Source of the DNA: a virus
Virus record (IMG/VR): IMGVR_UViG_3300010397_000044
Location: 1-64,000 of that record
DNA length: 64,000 bases
Direction: 5' to 3' (one strand)
This document shows, piece after piece, positions 59,170 to 64,000 of the stretch. Below the pieces are notes generated by a model. The model worked only from the letters and a program-made list of their open reading frames with translations. It did not search any database and was not told the DNA's origin. Each line of letters opens with the position of its first letter. Within the stretch, counting starts at the first letter, position 1. The position numbers were made by a program, and so were the translations under genes.

Positions 59170-59634
59170 ATGGACGAAAGATCATTAAAGGAACTTAATA
59201 CACTCCATCCTAAATTTAGGCAATCAGCTATAGATGCATGGACAGAGGCCCAAGCCGCAATGCCAGACAATGTGAAGATTGTAGTAACTCAAGGATTGAG
59301 AACATTTGAGGAAAGCGATAAGTTATACGCTCAAGGAAGAACAGCGCCGGGGCCAAAAGTTACTAATTCCGCTGCTGGGCAATCTTACCATAATTATGGG
59401 CTGGCCTTCGATTTTTCAATGATAACCAATGGAAAAACAGATTGGGTGCTTGGGCCTAATTGGATGAAAGTAGTTGAAATCATGAAAAAGCATGGAATGG
59501 CGTGGGGTGGTGATTTCAAATCAATAGTTGATAATCCACACTTTGAAAATCGGTTTGGCTTTAATTGGCGACAATTGCTGGCTAAACACAAAGCGGGAGA
59601 CTTTATCACCGGCACACAATACGTTAATATTTAA
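59170..59634 (+). CDS. endolysin, peptidase M15 (L-Ala-D-Glu type)
   Basis: GLRT...LYAQGRT...SYHNYGLAFD...WGGDF...DNPHFE. Confidence 0.93.
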   Translation: MDERSLKELNTLHPKFRQSAIDAWTEAQAAMPDNVKIVVTQGLRTFEESDKLYAQGRTAPGPKVTNSAAGQSYHNYGLAFDFSMITNGKTDWVLGPNWMKVVEIMKKHGMAWGGDFKSIVDNPHFENRFGFNWRQLLAKHKAGDFITGTQYVNI

Positions 59635-59668
59635 TACTGTTCATAGGGATACAAAAGGGTTATTGAAA

Positions 59669-59704
59669 AGGCCGTAGTCTATTTAGATTATGGCCTCATT
59701 TTTT
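59669..59704 (+). terminator. terminator ending the late operon
   Basis: AGGCCGTAGTC...GATTATGGCCT followed by a T tract. Confidence 0.7.
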
Positions 59705-59791
59705 AGGGGGAAGTGGGTAATTATGGGATTTGGTGGAAGTTTTCTGAAAATAAATTTGGAAAAAGGGAAAAGAATATTGTACCTTAGATTC

Positions 59792-59950
59792 ATGAAAGGG
59801 AAAGAGAAATTAAAGTCGGTCAAAATAAGCGAATCGGTTCACGAGTCCCTAAAGAATCAGGCTATATATGAAAAAACCACTGTAACAAAAATTGCAGATC
59901 GCATATTGTCACATAATCTTGAAAATATAAAATTAGTGCGCAAAAATTAA
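59792..59950 (+). CDS. ribbon-helix-helix microprotein (52 aa)
   Basis: MKGKEKLKSVKISESVHESLKNQAIYEKTTVTKIADRIL; TTTG...TACCTTAG promoter upstream. Confidence 0.75.
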   Translation: MKGKEKLKSVKISESVHESLKNQAIYEKTTVTKIADRILSHNLENIKLVRKN

Positions 59951-59957
59951 TCGCATC

Positions 59958-60323
59958 ATGGACTACAAAACCGTCTACGACAAGATTATACAAACTTATT
60001 ATAGAGATGAAATAAAGCCAATGGACCCGGAATTCTGTTTTTGTGGAACGATAGCCGATGGGGCTGGATGGTATGTTGGTGATGTGAATTATTCATTAAA
60101 TGAATACGAACAAATGGAGCACGCTCTTTTCGTCGGTATCAAGGAAATCGATGGGCGGTATTGGAGCGTCCGAGACGAATTAGAGAACTACCCAAATATG
60201 ACGGAGAGTGGAATATTTAATGGTATGGTTAAAGCACTGGAAGTGTTGAGGGGAATACACATATCAAGAGGAGAGAAGATAGATGAGGAGGTGACGTTTA
60301 AGAAAAGAGAATTACAATTGTAG
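59958..60323 (+). CDS. hypothetical phage protein
   Basis: CFCGT motif; ORF in operon. Confidence 0.6.
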   Translation: MDYKTVYDKIIQTYYRDEIKPMDPEFCFCGTIADGAGWYVGDVNYSLNEYEQMEHALFVGIKEIDGRYWSVRDELENYPNMTESGIFNGMVKALEVLRGIHISRGEKIDEEVTFKKRELQL

Positions 60324-60326
60324 GGT

Positions 60327-60659
60327 ATGAAAAGAAGTATAGCATTAGCAATCTTTGTTTTTGGTGTATTTTCGACTTATTCCCAAGAAATAAGAAAGAA
60401 GTATATACTTCCGGGCCATTATAAAAGTCAAGGGGAGTATTACAGAACAATAGTATATTGTGACAGAAGGGATACGGTGCAGGTTAAAATATTCTATACA
60501 AATGGCGATGTTGAAGAGGGGTACAAAGAAGTGTGTAAAATGAAGGGGCGTATCTATGATGGGAAGAATATCCTCGACGCATGGAAAAGAGGATGGATAT
60601 TCTATGATAAGTATGGAAGAAAAGTCACACAGAAAGTAAAATGTTATCAGCTTATTTAA
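60327..60659 (+). CDS. secreted hypothetical protein
   Basis: Signal peptide ending TYS-Q. Confidence 0.6.
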   Translation: MKRSIALAIFVFGVFSTYSQEIRKKYILPGHYKSQGEYYRTIVYCDRRDTVQVKIFYTNGDVEEGYKEVCKMKGRIYDGKNILDAWKRGWIFYDKYGRKVTQKVKCYQLI

Positions 60660-60816
60660 GCTAATTGCAATAAGGAGGAGATTAGGATGATTAAGACGCA
60701 AATCTTGTGTTACTCAAGACCCTTTTTGACCGAATTATTGCAAAACTCATTCATATGGCAACGCAATCGTTAAACGCCGGATTTATTCTTATTTCTGGCC
60801 ATTTTTTAAAGTTCTT

Positions 60817-61075
60817 TATTGGCTGTAATAGGCCGTCAAATATTTGCAAATGGTAACGTTAGGGGACGAGGCATCGAAACCTTTCGCAAAATTGTATGCT
60901 GCCCGTGGTCGAGGCCAACGGGATGGAGCTGGCTCTCGGAGGCGAATACAAACAATGTTGGCTGTAATAGTAGGATGAGGCCCCGCGAGGTAAACCTTCA
61001 CTGCGATTTTAAAACTGTGGCCCTGTATTACATTATGGTAAATCAGTTCTACAGCCAATATTGTTATTTGCTTTC
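60817..61075 (+). ncRNA. structured non-coding RNA candidate
   Basis: ~27-bp G-U-containing stem 60938-60966/61050-61075, internal hairpins, duplicated 13-mer. Confidence 0.5.
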
Positions 61076-61103
61076 AAAATGTTTTTAATTCCGTACTTTA
61101 TTT

Positions 61104-61177
61104 GGAGGTCGGAGGGTTGATCTCCTCATTGGCAAGCGGGGTAATAGCCGTACTGGTTCGATTCCAGCACCTCCACA
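61104..61177 (+). tRNA. atypical tRNA-like element (identity not assignable)
   Basis: GGAGGT/ACCTCC-A acceptor stem and CTGG-TTCGATT-CCAG T-arm; D and anticodon arms non-canonical. Confidence 0.5.
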
Positions 61178-61241
61178 AATCTTTATGTGGCCTACACCGG
61201 GGATAGGCTCCCGGATTTTTTTACGCTAAAATCCTAAAGCC

Positions 61242-61424
61242 ATGCATACATTATACCATATTGGTGCTGTATTAATAGTTATAGCAACCGGCTTATTTCT
61301 AATGGGGAAGTTCAGTGTAAAGAAAGACCCAACAGAAGAAGAAGCTAAAGTCATTCAATTGGATGAACACGAATCTAAAATAGGAGGAGATTATCCGCCT
61401 TTAAAAAAGGCACAAAATAACTAG
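61242..61424 (+). CDS. small membrane protein
   Basis: N-terminal TM segment. Confidence 0.55.
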   Translation: MHTLYHIGAVLIVIATGLFLMGKFSVKKDPTEEEAKVIQLDEHESKIGGDYPPLKKAQNN

Positions 61425-61455
61425 CTAAGTAGGACGGTTGTTTTTTAAAGGGTCG

Positions 61456-61488
61456 GGAGCCGTTATTAATCCGGCGGCTCCCATTTTT
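61456..61488 (+). terminator. intrinsic terminator
   Basis: GGGAGCCG...CGGCTCCC followed by ATTTTT. Confidence 0.7.
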
Positions 61489-61615
61489 AAACAATCCCCT
61501 TAAAGAGTCTAATAGGATAAGGTAAAATGGTCAATGGCTTTTGATTAGCGCGGGGGGAGGGAATGGACGCCTTCCCCCTTATTTAATACGCAATAACTTT
61601 AAAAATTACTAGTCA

Positions 61616-61969
61616 ATGAAGAAAATATTTTTTACTATCTCAGTAGCGCTTATTTCGATGGCATCCAAGGCTCAGGTATATGTCCAGTTCGTGAATACCA
61701 CTTCTAAAAGAATAGTAGTGGATTTACACCTGAAGGGGGTAAAAGACACTATTCAGCCTGCTGAATCTGGTAAAAGGTTAGGCCCGTTTCGATTAATAAA
61801 GGAGAAAGAAGAGCTTTTAATTAACGACGCCTTCCCCTACAATCCGGATGTATCAAAGGATGGAGCCTATTATACCTCGGGAACATTTGTCATGCTTATC
61901 AAATGGTACCCCAAACATGGATTTATAGCCGATCTTATTAGAGTGTCGAACCAATCTCGCATGGAATAA
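61616..61969 (+). CDS. secreted hypothetical protein
   Basis: Signal peptide MKKIFFTISVALISMASKA-Q. Confidence 0.7.
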   Translation: MKKIFFTISVALISMASKAQVYVQFVNTTSKRIVVDLHLKGVKDTIQPAESGKRLGPFRLIKEKEELLINDAFPYNPDVSKDGAYYTSGTFVMLIKWYPKHGFIADLIRVSNQSRME

Positions 61970-62002
61970 ATTTTATAACTTTTCAATAAAACCCCCTAAT
62001 GT

Positions 62003-62113
62003 ATGAAAAAGGTATTTTTTTGGATTTGTATCGTTGCTATGCTAGCTATTAGCGCTTGTGCCAGCTCCAAATCTGGATGCTATATGAGCCGAAATTTCAG
62101 TGGTACGCACTAA
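62003..62113 (+). CDS. micro-lipoprotein (36 aa, not in ORF track)
   Basis: MKKVFFWICIVAMLAISA-CASSKSGCYMSRNFSGTH with lipobox ISAC. Confidence 0.7.
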   Translation: MKKVFFWICIVAMLAISACASSKSGCYMSRNFSGTH

Positions 62114-62215
62114 ACTTATTGCCCCCTTCCTTAACAGATGTGGGGCCTTTGGTTATGGACTACGCGCGTCCTGGTATTCTTGCCGGGACTTTTTTAACAG
62201 TTAAAGTATAATATA

Positions 62216-62467
62216 ATGAATGCTCAATCAATTAAAGAAATAGTCACAGAAGGAGAATTAGATGCCGTATGGGGAAGTGCAGACTTTGGGTCGCTTTCAA
62301 AACGAGAGGTGATCTACGATGGACTTTTACATTGCTTAGGTGGGTATAGGACTGGGCATACTTTGAAAGAAATATTAATCCAACTAGGCCTTGTTTATGC
62401 CAATAAATGGGACTTGACTAAAAAAGGTCGTGAATATTTGTATTTGGCTATTACAACCAGATTATGA
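62216..62467 (+). CDS. small wHTH-like hypothetical protein
   Basis: GHTLKEILIQLGLV...LTKKGREYL. Confidence 0.6.
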   Translation: MNAQSIKEIVTEGELDAVWGSADFGSLSKREVIYDGLLHCLGGYRTGHTLKEILIQLGLVYANKWDLTKKGREYLYLAITTRL

Positions 62468-62613
62468 TCGATAAGCCTACATCTCCTTTTCCTCAAATAA
62501 GAGGTCTTATAATACTTGGATTTATTTTATATTTGTTATTTGCATAATGATTCAACAGTTAGTTTTTGGGTAATCCCGGCTATTCTTGGCTGGGATTCTT
62601 TTTTAAATGAATA

Positions 62614-62643
62614 AAGGGAGCCGATATAATATCGAACTCCCTT
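62614..62643. terminator. hairpin between convergent transcription units
   Basis: AAGGGAG...CTCCCTT inverted repeat. Confidence 0.55.
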
Positions 62644-62846
62644 AGTGAGTACGCTAGTACCTCCTTATGAAACATTATTTATGCGTCAAACAATAGACAA
62701 CCACTAGCAACACCAATACAACCAATCCTAAAGCACACATAGCAAGAATAAATAGCTTCTGTATGCTCCTTCTAGTCGTCTCCATGTCTGATAAGCCTTT
62801 TTCAAATTCCTTTTTAGAAGGCCAATATTGAATTTCCTTTCTCATA

Positions 62847-63041
62847 TTAATCAATTTCAATTGGTTCCACACGAGTATCAAATAACTCCTCATCCAATAC
62901 TACTGACTCTGCTGATTCCATTGTAAGAAAGGTGTGAGCCTTGGATAGATCATCTGTCCAACCCCAATCCCCCCAATATAAAAAGGTAGTCGCTAATGGT
63001 TCTTTTTGAGGGGAAACAATGCAATATAGGGTATGTAACAT
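62847..63041 (-). CDS. hypothetical protein
   Basis: WTDDLSKAHTF motif. Confidence 0.55.
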   Translation of the reverse strand: MLHTLYCIVSPQKEPLATTFLYWGDWGWTDDLSKAHTFLTMESAESVVLDEELFDTRVEPIEID

Positions 63042-63050
63042 AAGATAGAA

Positions 63051-63242
63051 TTATAATTCATTAAATTTGTCAATAGCTGCGGTAGGACTATTGGTAATCA
63101 ATTTTACCACTCCTTCGTATGACACCTCAAAATTACCAGCCCCCGTGAAATATAGTCTTCTTTTGCCATCGCTGGCGTACAATAATTTAGATTCATTAAG
63201 CCATTGGAGCAGGTCTATGATGTCTAATTCTAATCGTTTCAT
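63051..63242 (-). CDS. hypothetical protein
   Basis: ATGA-coupled to the upstream gene. Confidence 0.55.
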   Translation of the reverse strand: MKRLELDIIDLLQWLNESKLLYASDGKRRLYFTGAGNFEVSYEGVVKLITNSPTAAIDKFNEL

Positions 63243-63496
63243 TTGTGGTGATTTTCTTTATTTGCTTCTTCTAAAATTGACATTGCAAAAGATAATGATT
63301 TAGCGGCTATCTGTTGACCTGTATGAGAGTGGTAGATTGGATTAGAAACCATTCCTTGACCGATCATAAGAGCGGCATATTCAAGTTTAGTAAAGCCTTC
63401 AGCCCCCTCTACCATTTGTCCAGCCGCAAAAGGTTTATTGTCAATTGGGTGGAGTATGATTTGCTGTGCGAAGGCCGGTGATTTTAAGTTATCCAT
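63239..63496 (-). CDS. hypothetical phage protein
   Basis: PAF...GFTKLEYAALMIGQG, a common phage small-protein pattern. Confidence 0.65.
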   Translation of the reverse strand: MDNLKSPAFAQQIILHPIDNKPFAAGQMVEGAEGFTKLEYAALMIGQGMVSNPIYHSHTGQQIAAKSLSFAMSILEEANKENHHK

Positions 63497-64000
63497 TTAT
63501 TTACTTTTTAGTTAAATGAATTAATGATACCGGTGCTCCAATAGATTCATGATAAAATCCTATGTATAGAGTATGATCCTTTATTTGCCCGTGAATTTGT
63601 CTCCGTCTTTTGCCAGCGGCATTTCTTCCGGCCAATCGATAGCTTCAACATTACATGACGGTGCTAATCTGTCTATCTCTTTACTCATTACATGCTGGTT
63701 ATAAAAAGATAAGCCTAGCATAAGGAATAAAACGGCGATTAAAAGGTTCTTTTTCATAAGAGGTTATTTAAACACTTTGATATCTTTACCTAATTCACAT
63801 CCATTGGGGCATTTATAATGCCTTTCGGTTTTCACAATTAGGACCTTATACGATATTGTAGTCGTATTGCCTTCTTTCTTTCTGGCTGGCGAAAGTCTTT
63901 GTGATTTAAGATACATCCCGCAGTGACACATATATTTTGCCATAAGATAATTTTTTAAAATGAACAATGTATTTATACCTATTTATTGAACTATGGAATA

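Noticed and set aside
60819-60970. Repeated 13-mer as a mini-CRISPR array
   Set aside because: Only two copies, too short, 139 nt apart, and no cas genes
60995-61001. CCTTCAC in the ncRNA as a trans partner of the GTGAAGG loop at 9701
   Set aside because: A single 7-mer match is compatible with chance
61104-61177. tmRNA 3' end
   Set aside because: The matching 5' acceptor strand is only ~70 nt upstream; no tag ORF and no G3-U70 pair
381-63967. Stop-codon reassignment as in some crAss-like phages
   Set aside because: Long genes are intact in the standard code, and TAA, TAG and TGA all end genes

Overview
This window is most of a tailed dsDNA phage genome, probably podovirus-type. The host is probably Bacteroidota (TAnnTTTG promoters, signal peptides followed by Gln, Chitinophagaceae-like captured domains). 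Layout: poly-G artefact (1-~160); small accessory genes (0.4-7 kb) with a GT2 glycosyltransferase and hexapeptide acetyltransferase; replication/regulation block (sigma2-only protein, wHTH, beta-clamp-like, HNH, initiator, T7 gp4/Twinkle-type primase-helicase, MazG-like); a methyltransferase plus three glycosyltransferases; GroEL with two GroES-like genes; portal, TerL, scaffold, major capsid, ring/muzzle-like tail proteins and ejection/cargo proteins in a crAss-like arrangement (no RNA polymerase seen); tail fibre module; lysis cassette with M15 endolysin; an ncRNA-rich intergenic region and small genes. Main candidate novelty: the tail-fibre-module proteins carry Sec signal peptides and are enriched in the Bacteroidota O-glycosylation sequon D-[ST]-[AILVMT], suggesting export and periplasmic glycosylation of virion appendages. 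Also notable: four unannotated RHH microproteins at module boundaries, a nested gene inside the 1893-aa cargo gene, a kissing-loop attenuator candidate, and a two-state structured RNA next to a tRNA-like element. All family calls come from manual motif recognition; no database searches were run.
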